From a virus (taxonomy: Duplodnaviria > Caudoviricetes), in IMG/VR virus record IMGVR_UViG_3300044911_002081, positions 1 to 25,339 of that record: a stretch of 25,339 nt of DNA; one strand, 5' to 3'. Under the pieces are notes generated by a model that was given only the letters and a program-made list of their open reading frames with translations, did no database searches and was not told the origin of the DNA. Below, one piece after another: positions 1 through 8,552 of the stretch; position 1 is the first letter of the stretch; every line of letters begins with the position of its first letter. The position numbers and the translations under genes are program-made.

Positions 1-244
1 TTACGTAGCGAGGCTTCTTCACAGGAGGCGTAGGGGTCGCGGTGATAAACTCGTGGCGGGTGATTTCTTTGACTACCCAGGAGCGAATGGTGCTTCGGCG
101 CTTGGCGGGTGTAAACGCATCAGCAATAGACTGCAAGGTCCAACCAGCATCGTGTAGATCTTGGACGCGGCTCCACAATTGATCCTTCACAAGCGTGGCA
201 AGGAACTCTTGCTCACTCTTTGGAAGATCGGGTGTATGCGCCAT
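1..244 (-). CDS. HTH DNA-binding protein, runs off the window edge (MAHTPDLPKSEQEFLATLVKDQLWSRVQDLHDAGWTLQSIADAF...)
   Basis: Hand-translated open frame from ATG 242-244. GWTLQSIA resembles GWTLQAVG of 10821..11426. TGATATAGT lies ~6 nt upstream, suggesting a leaderless start. Confidence 0.7.
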   Translation of the reverse strand, partial: MAHTPDLPKSEQEFLATLVKDQLWSRVQDLHDAGWTLQSIADAFTPAKRRSTIRSWVVKEITRHEFITATPTPPVKKPRYV

Positions 245-441
245 AGTGAAACTATATCATCTTCGAAGACGTTTATGTACAAATTGCGGTGATAAGATGA
301 TGTACAATTCGAAGAATCGGTACCTTATGGTTAAGTACCTTGGACGAGAGAATGGGTAGTTGGTTGTTTTCGACAGTTCGTCAAGTGTCTCGAGCGTTTT
401 TTCTATAACGAATATTTTTTCTACTTTGTGAGAAAATAAAA

Positions 442-469
442 GAAGACCACCTGCTATGAGGTGGTCTTC
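442..469 (-). terminator. Intrinsic terminator
   Basis: GAAGACCACCT/AGGTGGTCTTC 11-bp stem followed by a T-rich tract on the minus strand, downstream of 483..956. Confidence 0.8.
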
Positions 470-482
470 CTTCTTTAAGAAT

Positions 483-956
483 TTATACGATTGGATTTAC
501 GTTTGGATCTCCAGCAAAGATAGCTAGGAATGTATTAACATCAACTGACTTGTCAGTGACGTCCAATCCTCTGTCTTGTTGGAACTGGTTGACTGACATC
601 ATGGTGAGTTCACCAAGCCAGCCATCACGATCTCCAACAACATCCTTGTAGCCAAGCTCTTCAAGGCGACGTTGAATATGATGAATGGTTAGAGACTTGC
701 GCTCGAACTTATTCTCATATACACATTTGCTGAGAAGGACTTCATCCACATCGCCAGTAACTGCAGCGTTAGCTACAGGCATTGGCTCTTGTGGTTGTTC
801 AACAGGAGCTGGTGTTGGTTCAGGCTGAGGCTCAGGCTCTGCAACAGGAGTAGGTTCTTCTACAACCGCAACAGGTACTTCCTCTACCGCAACCGCAACA
901 GGCTCATCAGCTACCGCAGGGGTGTCGATGTTTTCAATATCTTCCATATCTTCCAT
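483..956 (-). CDS. Acidic Pro/Glu-rich protein with C-terminal peptidoglycan-binding-like domain
   Basis: IQRRLEELGY...DGWLGELT...VNQFQQDRGL matches the PG_binding_1 pattern. Confidence 0.7.
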   Translation of the reverse strand: MEDMEDIENIDTPAVADEPVAVAVEEVPVAVVEEPTPVAEPEPQPEPTPAPVEQPQEPMPVANAAVTGDVDEVLLSKCVYENKFERKSLTIHHIQRRLEELGYKDVVGDRDGWLGELTMMSVNQFQQDRGLDVTDKSVDVNTFLAIFAGDPNVNPIV

Positions 957-971
957 AGGCTTATTTTAATC

Positions 972-1556
972 CTAACCTTTTGTTGTTGACTTAGGGAATT
1001 GCTTTTCCCATTTGGTAATGAGATGCTCACCCGCAGTGCCATCGTAGGCATTGGGTCCTAAGCCCCATGAAGACCAGTCCGTACCGCCTTGTGTCATGTA
1101 GTGCACGACTTGAACGTTAGTAACTGGGTCGAATAGCTCGGTAGGCTTTAGCATACCGAACTTCTCATTAAATAGAGCAAGACGGTCTTTACCCAAGCTA
1201 CCAATCATGTTAACTTGGAATATACCGTATGAGTTATCACCGGTACTTACCGTATCGTTGTGAGCCACTGGTCGGCCATTGGATTCTTTCATGGCGACAG
1301 CCCAGGCAGTCCGTAAGGCTTTGCCTTCGAATCCCACCGCAGACAAGAGCTCGATAAGCTCGTCGTTGGTAAGAGTCTTTGCACCTCTGAACTTGTCCAG
1401 AGGATCTACTACCTCTACCGCTTTGGCTTTGGTTGTAGGTGTAAGTTGTACTTCGGTTGCGTTAGCAGCTACTGCAGCTACTCCCGCAACACCAATTGTT
1501 AGAGCCGTAATATAGGCTACGGTCGACATTGCTATGGCACGTGTTGTGATTTGCAA
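972..1556 (-). CDS. Secreted or membrane-anchored lytic transglycosylase (SLT/lysozyme-like)
   Basis: Hydrophobic N-terminus; AVAMKESNG, YGIFQVN and DPVTN motifs; AAGGAGG RBS before TTG. Confidence 0.8.
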   Translation of the reverse strand: MQITTRAIAMSTVAYITALTIGVAGVAAVAANATEVQLTPTTKAKAVEVVDPLDKFRGAKTLTNDELIELLSAVGFEGKALRTAWAVAMKESNGRPVAHNDTVSTGDNSYGIFQVNMIGSLGKDRLALFNEKFGMLKPTELFDPVTNVQVVHYMTQGGTDWSSWGLGPNAYDGTAGEHLITKWEKQFPKSTTKG

Positions 1557-1574
1557 CGCTAGTTCGCCTCCTTA

Positions 1575-1735
1575 GGTCGGGGATGGGACAACCCATTGAT
1601 GTTCCAATGAGCTTCTTGCTACCGCTATGCTTCTCAGATTTGTGTCTGTCCTCTACCGCTTGCATAGGGCCGGAGATAAGAAGGGATGACATTGTCGTTC
1701 CTTTCGTCTCTCCGTAGTAGGCTGTTTGCCTGGTG
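1575..1735 (-). ncRNA. Candidate structured 5' leader of the transglycosylase gene
   Basis: Follows a TGGTATAGT promoter (1737-1748); successive stems CGGAGA/TCTCCG, CTATGC/GCATAG, CAGA/TCTG and CTCATTG/CAATGGG. Confidence 0.4.
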
Positions 1736-1760
1736 ATAACTATACCATAGTTAAAATGAA

Positions 1761-1782
1761 ACAGGCACCCGTAGGTGCCTGT
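1761..1782 (-). terminator. Intrinsic terminator
   Basis: ACAGGCACC/GGTGCCTGT stem, then TTCATTTT on the minus strand. Confidence 0.75.
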
Positions 1783-1798
1783 CCCACTGTAATTTATG

Positions 1799-1969
1799 TT
1801 ACTCCTTCATAGAGAGGAGTGCCAGCGTTACTGAGGCTAATCCCAAGGCCAAGAGGGTTTCCCCGCTCGTAGAGGTGATGAGCGCCAGAACGACGGTTAG
1901 TACCGCAAGGCTCATGGCAGACAAAGCTAGCCAAGCTACCTCGCGTAGATAGTTTAGTAGGTTACCCAT
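1799..1969 (-). CDS. Small membrane protein, 56 aa, two hydrophobic helices
   Basis: Hand-translated MGNLLNYLREVAWLALSAMSLAVLTVVLALITSTSGETLLALGLASVTLALLSMKE; fits between the neighbouring gene and the terminator. Confidence 0.7.
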   Translation of the reverse strand: MGNLLNYLREVAWLALSAMSLAVLTVVLALITSTSGETLLALGLASVTLALLSMKE

Positions 1970-1973
1970 TGGG

Positions 1974-2153
1974 TTACTTAGCCTTACGGGTTTTACCCTT
2001 AAGTCTATCGGAAGTGTTGCGGATAGGAGTCCCTGAGTCCGCGATGAGCTTACGAGCCTTACCGTATGTGATACCTAGCTCCTGAGCTACCTCTACTACT
2101 GATTTACCTGCTGTATAAAGTGATGCTGCTTGTACTGGTGTCGCTGTTGACAT
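1974..2153 (-). CDS. Small HTH protein, 59 aa
   Basis: MSTATPVQAASLYTAGKSVVEVAQELGITYGKARKLIADSG...; GAAAGGA RBS. Confidence 0.8.
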   Translation of the reverse strand: MSTATPVQAASLYTAGKSVVEVAQELGITYGKARKLIADSGTPIRNTSDRLKGKTRKAK

Positions 2154-2249
2154 CGGTATTCCTTTCTTCGTTTCTTCATTTTATGTGCAGTTGTGTTAAG
2201 CTGGTAAGTGCACAATTACTTACCCGCTTCTGTAAGCAGATGGTACTGC

Positions 2250-2708
2250 TTAAGATTTAGTGGCCTTTTCAGGCTTAGGTGGAGTTTTGCCATGTACGTT
2301 ACATAATGACTTTCCACCCCAGGCTCCGCGAGGTTTGATGTTGTCATCGCAGTCGGTGCCGTAGTTATGGAGATAGCATTGAACTCTTGGTTGTGTGTTT
2401 GGTAGTGCGTTGGTAAGAGCTACCAATGCTCGCTTGAACACAGTTGTTTTTACCTCAAGGACTCCGTTCTCATTGTGGCATGAAATACATAAGTACTCAT
2501 TACGACGATGAGCTGGATCCCGCACAGCTTTAGGAGCTCCACACTTGTCGCAAGGTTGCGTCCATGCGACACCACGGATAAGTGTACGGTAGTCAGTAGC
2601 ACACACAAGTATGTCATTGTGAGCGTAAAGCAAGACATCAGTCTCACCGCATAGTGGGCAGACCCCACGAACGTACTGTTGCTCACGCTGATTTGTTCCT
2701 TGCGTCAT
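2250..2708 (-). CDS. Cys-rich zinc-finger protein
   Basis: Several CxxC pairs; GGAGG RBS. Confidence 0.7.
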   Translation of the reverse strand: MTQGTNQREQQYVRGVCPLCGETDVLLYAHNDILVCATDYRTLIRGVAWTQPCDKCGAPKAVRDPAHRRNEYLCISCHNENGVLEVKTTVFKRALVALTNALPNTQPRVQCYLHNYGTDCDDNIKPRGAWGGKSLCNVHGKTPPKPEKATKS

Positions 2709-2759
2709 TTGTCCTCCATGTTAGGGTAGACTATAATCCTTCTACCTTTACTTGTAAAC

Positions 2760-3044
2760 TTAATCTTTCTTTGGACCTACGACTCCAAGAAGAGTCTTCG
2801 GCTGGTTCTTGCGAAGTGCGCGAAGGTTTGCGAATTCTTCCTTTGCGATGTACTCCGTGTGGCGAGACATTACCCACAATGGGATAGCTCCACCAGCTAC
2901 AAGGAATGAAGCCGCAAGGAACGAAGCAACACCTGGATAGATAAAGAATGTGTGAGCTGCGTACGGAATCCAAGCTAAAGCTAGGAGACGTAGAGCTACG
3001 GTGTAGCGACGGTACTTGTGTCCTCGGAAGTTACTGATTTTCAT
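2760..3044 (-). CDS. Membrane protein, two TM helices
   Basis: Hydrophobic segments; start moved to the ATG after the GACGAAAGGA box. Confidence 0.7.
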   Translation of the reverse strand: MKISNFRGHKYRRYTVALRLLALAWIPYAAHTFFIYPGVASFLAASFLVAGGAIPLWVMSRHTEYIAKEEFANLRALRKNQPKTLLGVVGPKKD

Positions 3045-3101
3045 TTTGTGTCCTTTCGTCATTTAAGATAATTATATTGGGATAATCAGGAAAAGTAAAC
3101 C

Positions 3102-3671
3102 TTAGCACCCGAATGCCTTTCGACATTCAGGTCCTAGGAAGAATGAACGGCTGGTTGGGTCTGTGAGCTCAGCGCCACACTTACCGCAGCAAGCATAGTG
3201 CTCACCGAAAAGGCGAGCGTACTTGTAAGGATGTGCGGCAATGATGTCAGCAACGATCTTTACATCAGCGGCAGGCATCTTGTCTCGGTTAAACCCACCA
3301 ACTGAGCCAGTAAGGCGACGCATGAAAAGAACCTTCTCATACTCACGAACCTCAACGAAGAGCAGGTCACCCGTAAGAGGAGTGTCCTGGAGTGGAGCAA
3401 TGTCTAGCTCATCAACGGGGACTGCATACTTAGACTTTGGGATACTACCCAAGGCGCGTTGAAGCTCAGATGTAGACTCCGCTAGCTTAGGCAAGCCAAG
3501 CAGCATAGAGATTACCGCAGAGGCTGAACGCTTAGTAATGGTGCTCAGCGCAGTGAAGCGGTCGTCGATAAATTGCTGGATGATTGGGTCACCCGTAGGC
3601 AAATCACGTGAGTCAAGCAGCTCGTTAATAAATGTAATCTGCTTATCACTTGCTGGAAATGTAGTACTCAT
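3102..3671 (-). CDS. DUF6011-like protein
   Basis: N-terminal ASDKQITFI motif; C-terminal CGKCGAELTDPTS...GPEC; ATGA overlap with the upstream gene. Confidence 0.75.
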   Translation of the reverse strand: MSTTFPASDKQITFINELLDSRDLPTGDPIIQQFIDDRFTALSTITKRSASAVISMLLGLPKLAESTSELQRALGSIPKSKYAVPVDELDIAPLQDTPLTGDLLFVEVREYEKVLFMRRLTGSVGGFNRDKMPAADVKIVADIIAAHPYKYARLFGEHYACCGKCGAELTDPTSRSFFLGPECRKAFGC

Positions 3672-3847
3672 GGACGAACTCCCCACCACTTAAGCCCACC
3701 AGTGTGAGCAACTGAACCTTCATAGGTAACCGCCCATGAACAAGCTTCATCATATGAGCGGCAGTCATGGAAGACTGGAGCCATACCGTAAAAGGTGTAC
3801 ATGTAGGTAACTGATGTACCGATTGGGTGCTTGACTGCTGTTGTCAT
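3668..3847 (-). CDS. Hypothetical protein, 59 aa
   Basis: Tightly packed between neighbouring genes. Confidence 0.55.
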   Translation of the reverse strand: MTTAVKHPIGTSVTYMYTFYGMAPVFHDCRSYDEACSWAVTYEGSVAHTGGLKWWGVRP

Positions 3848-3849
3848 TT

Positions 3850-3972
3850 TTACACCCAGTCCGCTCTGTGCGATTCGCACATGTTAGAAGGGTCTGTGTA
3901 CAAAGCTGGCAGGTGATGCGCCTCTGCAAAGCATATGCCGCATTCAATTTCAAAGTTGATTTTTTGAGTCAT
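3850..3972 (-). CDS. Small CxxC protein, 40 aa (MTQKINFEIECGICFAE...)
   Basis: Hand-translated; follows the promoter at 4001 and a GGAAAGGGA RBS. Confidence 0.6.
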   Translation of the reverse strand: MTQKINFEIECGICFAEAHHLPALYTDPSNMCESHRADWV

Positions 3973-4031
3973 TTTCGTCCCTTTCCGTGGTCGTTATAGT
4001 TAATTATAACAGGTAAATGGGGAAAATGGCA

Positions 4032-5426
4032 CTACCTGACCTTAAATGTTCCCCCGCCACGGAAGCTAGGCATACGTTTAGCCGAATGGCTCTTAGCCTT
4101 AATGGTTCCACCAACGAAACCTGCAGGTGGTTTAATAAGGAGGGCTGTGAGGGCATGGACCAGGGCGTCGACTCGGTCTGGGGATTTACCCTCGCCTGGA
4201 ATCCAAGCGCACATCTGGGACTCGAGGTCGCCCAGGTAGCCAACGTGGTGGACACGGTTCTGTTCGTAGGCAAGCGTGATTGGCTCAGCGCGTAGGGCTT
4301 TGCCGTACTTGGAGTGGACCTCAAGGACCTTTACAGTTGGGTCAATTGTGTTAATGGCGTTGCGAACCAGCGCACCACCTTGGTTTACTTCGGCTACCAC
4401 AGGGCAACCCCACTTGCGAGCCATTTGCACTACCTTGTTAGCCCAGACCTCTGGTGAACCGTGAATGGACGCGTCCTCAAGTACCCAGCTCTGTCGTTTG
4501 TATAAGTCTCGTTCACCGGTAGAAGCTACAACGACTATGCCGCATTCGTCTCTAGGATTCTCGGCTACTGATGGGTCAACGCCAATGCATCGCAAAGGAG
4601 TTCCCATTGGCAACTGCATCTCTCGACCGCGGTCGATGAGCTCCTGTGTCCAGAGAGCTCCTTCAACATCTGAAAGCATCTCACCGTAGAGCTCTTGTGC
4701 AGCTAAGCGAGTTCCTTCGTACACTCCAACGATTGCGTCGATGTAAGCTTGAGAAAGGTTTCCGCTGTTGTCTAGTGTAGAACCTTTTGTAATAACTACC
4801 TTGCCAGTCTTCTCAGCTTCAGCGATGAGCTGGTAAAGAAGCGGCACACGCTTAGGAGTTGTCGTAATCATAATTTTTGGATTCGCGCCAAGACGAGTAC
4901 CAACGCGTAAGTTGTCGAAGGCTGTCATGCCAGCTGCATCAGGAGTTTGTCTCCAGGCTGCAACCTCATCTCCCCAGGCGTGCGTGAATTGCGGACCACG
5001 AAGTGAGTCTGGTTCATCAGCTGTGAAGCATGTTGCCGTATTGCCGTTGGGCCAAGTTAGTCTTCGCTTAGATGGTTCGTACAATGGACGTTCGCTTGGA
5101 GGAGTTACGTTAATAATTCCAGATTCACCCTCAACGATTACGTCACGTACGTCAGCAGCTGTACGAGCTACCAAAGCAAAACGGCGTTGGCCATTTGTTG
5201 TGTACTTAGCTTCTTCACGCACCCACTCGGCTGCGGTACGAGTCTTACCAGCTCCGCGACCGGCGATGTAAGCCCAGATGTTCCAATCACCTGGCGGAGC
5301 TTGTTGCTCAGGGCGTCCCCACACTGACCAGTCCCAAAGGAGATTATCTGGGTCGAAACCCGCAAGGATTTCATTACGCTGCTCCTCAGGGAGATGCGCG
5401 AGCTGTTCCATTAGACTTTTAGCCAT
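4032..5426 (-). CDS. terL: Terminase large subunit
   Basis: Walker A AGRGAGKT, LRGPQF..AWGDE Walker B, ITTTP coupling motif, nuclease IGVDP and PDRVDA. Confidence 0.95.
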   Translation of the reverse strand: MAKSLMEQLAHLPEEQRNEILAGFDPDNLLWDWSVWGRPEQQAPPGDWNIWAYIAGRGAGKTRTAAEWVREEAKYTTNGQRRFALVARTAADVRDVIVEGESGIINVTPPSERPLYEPSKRRLTWPNGNTATCFTADEPDSLRGPQFTHAWGDEVAAWRQTPDAAGMTAFDNLRVGTRLGANPKIMITTTPKRVPLLYQLIAEAEKTGKVVITKGSTLDNSGNLSQAYIDAIVGVYEGTRLAAQELYGEMLSDVEGALWTQELIDRGREMQLPMGTPLRCIGVDPSVAENPRDECGIVVVASTGERDLYKRQSWVLEDASIHGSPEVWANKVVQMARKWGCPVVAEVNQGGALVRNAINTIDPTVKVLEVHSKYGKALRAEPITLAYEQNRVHHVGYLGDLESQMCAWIPGEGKSPDRVDALVHALTALLIKPPAGFVGGTIKAKSHSAKRMPSFRGGGTFKVR

Positions 5427-5443
5427 GTGTACTATAGTACATT

Positions 5444-5563
5444 AAAAAGAAAGAAGCTAGACGGTTAAGTCTAGCTTCTCTCCCCAGAAAGGCGTCTCTA
5501 GCAGATGGATTGGAGTACATCCGCGAGACCCTCAGCCGAGGAAATGCAATAACCTGGCTGAGT
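5444..5563 (-). ncRNA. Candidate ~120-nt phage small RNA (two hairpins plus terminator)
   Basis: Own promoter (5568-5580), no plausible ORF, hairpins at 5531-5562 and 5494-5529, ends in the terminator at 5452-5479. Confidence 0.7.
5452..5479 (-). terminator. Intrinsic terminator
   Basis: AGAAGCTAGAC/GTCTAGCTTCT stem followed by TTCTTTTT. Confidence 0.85.
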
Positions 5564-5575
5564 AGGCTAATTATA

Positions 5576-6505
5576 TCATGAAAAAATCATAACTTCGTCA
5601 TGAATCTTTGAGACTACGCTTGCCCAGATAGCTGGAGTATGGTCGAACGGTTGATAACCACCAGCTCCCCCGATGAGTACACGACCTTCCGAATAGGCAG
5701 AAGCAATACGACCGACTGTCGCAGCTGCATCTTCATATCCAGGATAGTCAAATTGTAAAGTAGATAGTGGATCTGACTTATGTGCGTCAGCTCCTGTAGC
5801 TACTAAAACAACATCTGGCTTTACCGTATCAGCAAGTTGTTCGATTTCTCCCATAGCTCTACGAAACTCATCATCACCGCTTGCTGGGTCTAATGCCCAG
5901 TTATAAACTCCGAGCTCAGGGAAGTGTCCCTTTAGCCCAGTGCCCGGGAAGATAACAGAATCGTGAATGCTGCAGGTAACCAAATCGGCAGAGCCTGACA
6001 GTAAGTTCTCGACGCCATCGCCGTGATGTGCGTCCCAGTCGATGTACATAACTTTCATACCGTTCTTCTGGAATTCACGTGCAGCCCAAGCCATATCGTT
6101 GAATACGCAGAAACCAGATGAGTGGTCGTACTGCGCATGATGCTTAGCTCCCTGAGGATTAAAGCCAACCTTCAGCTCGCCAGCTAACATCTTCTCAGTG
6201 AGACGAACAGTTCCCGCAAACATATGAAGAGCTACTTGTCCCATGTGCTTATTATCTGGGTACCATTGCCCACCTTTACCGCGGTCAATAACATCAGATA
6301 CATATTTCATATCGTGAATAGACTCAACACGTTCTCTGTCTCCAGCTTGAATATCTGGTTTTACAAGAACGATGTCTCTGTCTTCAGCAATAAGCTCCGT
6401 AGCGTACTTAGCTCTGACTGGATTAGTTGGGTGTGAGCTATCTGGCCCACCAAGCTTCCAGTCTAAGTAGATGTCGTCGTAAGCGACATGCAGTTTATTT
6501 TTCAT
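5576..6505 (-). CDS. Zn-dependent deacetylase, HDAC/AcuC family
   Basis: HPTNP, GAKHHA..SGFCVFND, IDWDAHHGDG, FPGTG, GADAH..DPL and GGY motifs. Confidence 0.92.
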   Translation of the reverse strand: MKNKLHVAYDDIYLDWKLGGPDSSHPTNPVRAKYATELIAEDRDIVLVKPDIQAGDRERVESIHDMKYVSDVIDRGKGGQWYPDNKHMGQVALHMFAGTVRLTEKMLAGELKVGFNPQGAKHHAQYDHSSGFCVFNDMAWAAREFQKNGMKVMYIDWDAHHGDGVENLLSGSADLVTCSIHDSVIFPGTGLKGHFPELGVYNWALDPASGDDEFRRAMGEIEQLADTVKPDVVLVATGADAHKSDPLSTLQFDYPGYEDAAATVGRIASAYSEGRVLIGGAGGYQPFDHTPAIWASVVSKIHDEVMIFS

Positions 6506-7007
6506 TTGTAGTTGTGTCCTTAATATGTAGGTAGTCAACAAAATCGTTGTTGAGTAACACTGCGTTAGATCTCTTGTCCCGCATCAACTGAATCGCATCA
6601 GCAGAAGAGTATCCTTCAAGCATGAGGGCAAGACCCATCGTTAAGCTAGAACGGTTAATCCCAGCTTGACAACGAATCAATACTCGCTTGCCAGATTTCC
6701 AAGCGGCATGTGCAAATGCAGCTGCCTCATGAAGTGAAGCGTAATCCGCATTGCCCTCAAGACCTGAGTCGTAAAAGCCATAACGAAGTTCTTGCACAAA
6801 CCAGTCAACTGGATTTGCCCAAGCGTAAAGAGTTACTACCGTATCGAAATCATCTTTAGTGATAGCACGAGATGTATGAATGTTTGCTGCATCCTCAATC
6901 GTGTCATCATCATCTGTTCCACCAAGAAATAATCCTGGAAGTATCTCACTCCATAGGGGGAAGTCCCAGTCAATATCGTGTACTGGTGCGTATGAAGCAT
7001 TAGTCAT
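6495..7007 (-). CDS. Dual-specificity protein phosphatase
   Basis: EILPGLFLG and VLIRCQAGINRS (CX5R); GGAGG RBS. Confidence 0.9.
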   Translation of the reverse strand: MTNASYAPVHDIDWDFPLWSEILPGLFLGGTDDDDTIEDAANIHTSRAITKDDFDTVVTLYAWANPVDWFVQELRYGFYDSGLEGNADYASLHEAAAFAHAAWKSGKRVLIRCQAGINRSSLTMGLALMLEGYSSADAIQLMRDKRSNAVLLNNDFVDYLHIKDTTTNEK

Positions 7008-7009
7008 TA

Positions 7010-7228
7010 CTACCCTCCGGTCATCTCTAACCAGCACTTAGGATGTATGCCAGAAATCATTTGTTCACGAATTGCAATGTCCATGTCTGGGAAAGCCTCT
7101 TGAATCAGCTTACCGAAATTCCACTCAAGGAATCCAATAGCTGGAACTTCGACAACTCCCTGCTCACCGCACATTCCGCATGCAGGAGTAGTGACTATGT
7201 AGGTTTCTTTTGATAGATCTGTAGACAT
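7010..7228 (-). CDS. Small zinc-binding protein
   Basis: CGMC...IQEAFPDM...REQMISGIHPKCW; promoter and start box upstream. Confidence 0.7.
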   Translation of the reverse strand: MSTDLSKETYIVTTPACGMCGEQGVVEVPAIGFLEWNFGKLIQEAFPDMDIAIREQMISGIHPKCWLEMTGG

Positions 7229-7291
7229 TTTCTTTGTCCTTTCGTCATTTGATATATCTATTATATCAGGTAATGTTACCCGCAAGTACCA

Positions 7292-7858
7292 TTACTCTTC
7301 TTGTATGTACGTATGAATCTCTCCACCGGAGTAGATGTCATGTTTGCAAGCAGCTTCAATAGCTCTCCGCAATACTTTCTCGGCAGCCTCCGGTGTCTTA
7401 ACCCTTTGGAAGTTAAGAGCTTCGAGAGCTCCAAGAGCTATATCGCCACCACTCCCTGAGTAGTAAACGTTCCTAGCTTCTCTGTCCCAGCTGTAATCAT
7501 TAAAGATAGGATAGATGACTCCGCGTACTGAAACTATTAAGTTAGAATCGTGCCAAGCTGCATCACCGTCTTCTTTACCTTCGAACCCAGCATCAACGAA
7601 AGCTTTGCGAAGTGACGGTATGAATTTTTTTGTCATAAAAACGTCGAGGTCTTCGCTACGAGTAGGAGTTGGAGGTTTCCAACCGAACTGCGCAATGTTT
7701 CCACCACGCGATGCACCAGACACAGCAATGAGAACTCCATTGTTGTCTACGATTTTATGAGTCGCAAGGTCCATGAAGCGACCGTCCTCATCAGATGCTC
7801 GTGAATCACAGCCGATGACTGACCAGCCATCACCTTGAATTGCCGCAAGCGTAGTCAT
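7292..7858 (-). CDS. HslV/proteasome-beta-like Ntn hydrolase
   Basis: N-terminal MTT (Thr nucleophile), DSR, GSGG..ALGAL, D.YSGG. Confidence 0.85.
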   Translation of the reverse strand: MTTLAAIQGDGWSVIGCDSRASDEDGRFMDLATHKIVDNNGVLIAVSGASRGGNIAQFGWKPPTPTRSEDLDVFMTKKFIPSLRKAFVDAGFEGKEDGDAAWHDSNLIVSVRGVIYPIFNDYSWDREARNVYYSGSGGDIALGALEALNFQRVKTPEAAEKVLRRAIEAACKHDIYSGGEIHTYIQEE

Positions 7859-7924
7859 GGTTCTCCCCTAGATGTGTCCAAGCGCCTAGGAAAACTGTAT
7901 CCTAAGCGCCCGGACTACGTCTAT

Positions 7925-8257
7925 TTAGACGAGATCTATAATTGCGATTGGCACTGTCACATTTGCAGAGTCAACCGCGCCTGTTGTTGGGTTTACCCTT
8001 GCGAATCTACCCATAGGTGTCTCAAGTCGAACAGTAACCTTTGTACGGTTCTTCCCTGAGATTGTGGCGTACTGCCCAACCATGTAACGAGTTCCTGTGG
8101 ACTCATTGAAACGTACACGCGCACCAATGTTGTAGTCATTGATGGTTAGTGCCGCACGTGCCTTTGGGGTACGTAAAGCAATGGCGTCCTTAATCTTGCC
8201 AAGGTCTGAGTCCATTGAACCAGAGTTGATGGCGTCAAGAATATCCTGAGTGTTCAT
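7925..8257 (-). CDS. Hypothetical protein, possible SH3-like beta barrel
   Basis: IGARVRF...ATISGKNRTKVTVRL; promoter and start box upstream. Confidence 0.65.
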   Translation of the reverse strand: MNTQDILDAINSGSMDSDLGKIKDAIALRTPKARAALTINDYNIGARVRFNESTGTRYMVGQYATISGKNRTKVTVRLETPMGRFARVNPTTGAVDSANVTVPIAIIDLV

Positions 8258-8294
8258 CCTACTTCCTTTCGTCGTTAGGATAATTATATCAGGT

Positions 8295-8540
8295 TTATCC
8301 GTCAACCTCTGCTCTAAAGTACTGGATTCCATCAGCCTTTTGTGCTTCGTCCTCTACCCATGGCAGGCGTGTTCGACTGAGGTCGAGGAGGCTGTTGGTG
8401 AAAGCTACCGCAGTCTTCTTGGCAGCGCCAAGAGAAGTGTGAGCTGCATGACGAGACTCACCGGTGGCGAGGTCCTTTACGGTTACAAGCCAAGCTGCCT
8501 GTGGAGCTTTGTTCTTTAACAATGTAGCTACTACGCTCAT
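8295..8540 (-). CDS. Hypothetical protein
   Basis: GGAAGGA RBS; operon position. Confidence 0.7.
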   Translation of the reverse strand: MSVVATLLKNKAPQAAWLVTVKDLATGESRHAAHTSLGAAKKTAVAFTNSLLDLSRTRLPWVEDEAQKADGIQYFRAEVDG

Positions 8541-8552
8541 TGGTTTTCCTTC

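Noticed and set aside
1575-1735. c-di-AMP (ydaO) or c-di-GMP-I riboswitch
   Set aside because: The position fits and GGCAAAC/GACG/CTCCGGCC fragments resemble GEMM. However, the ydaO hallmarks (GGGGTGAATC, CCCGTCAGCTAAC) and the GEMM GNRA-capped first stem are missing.
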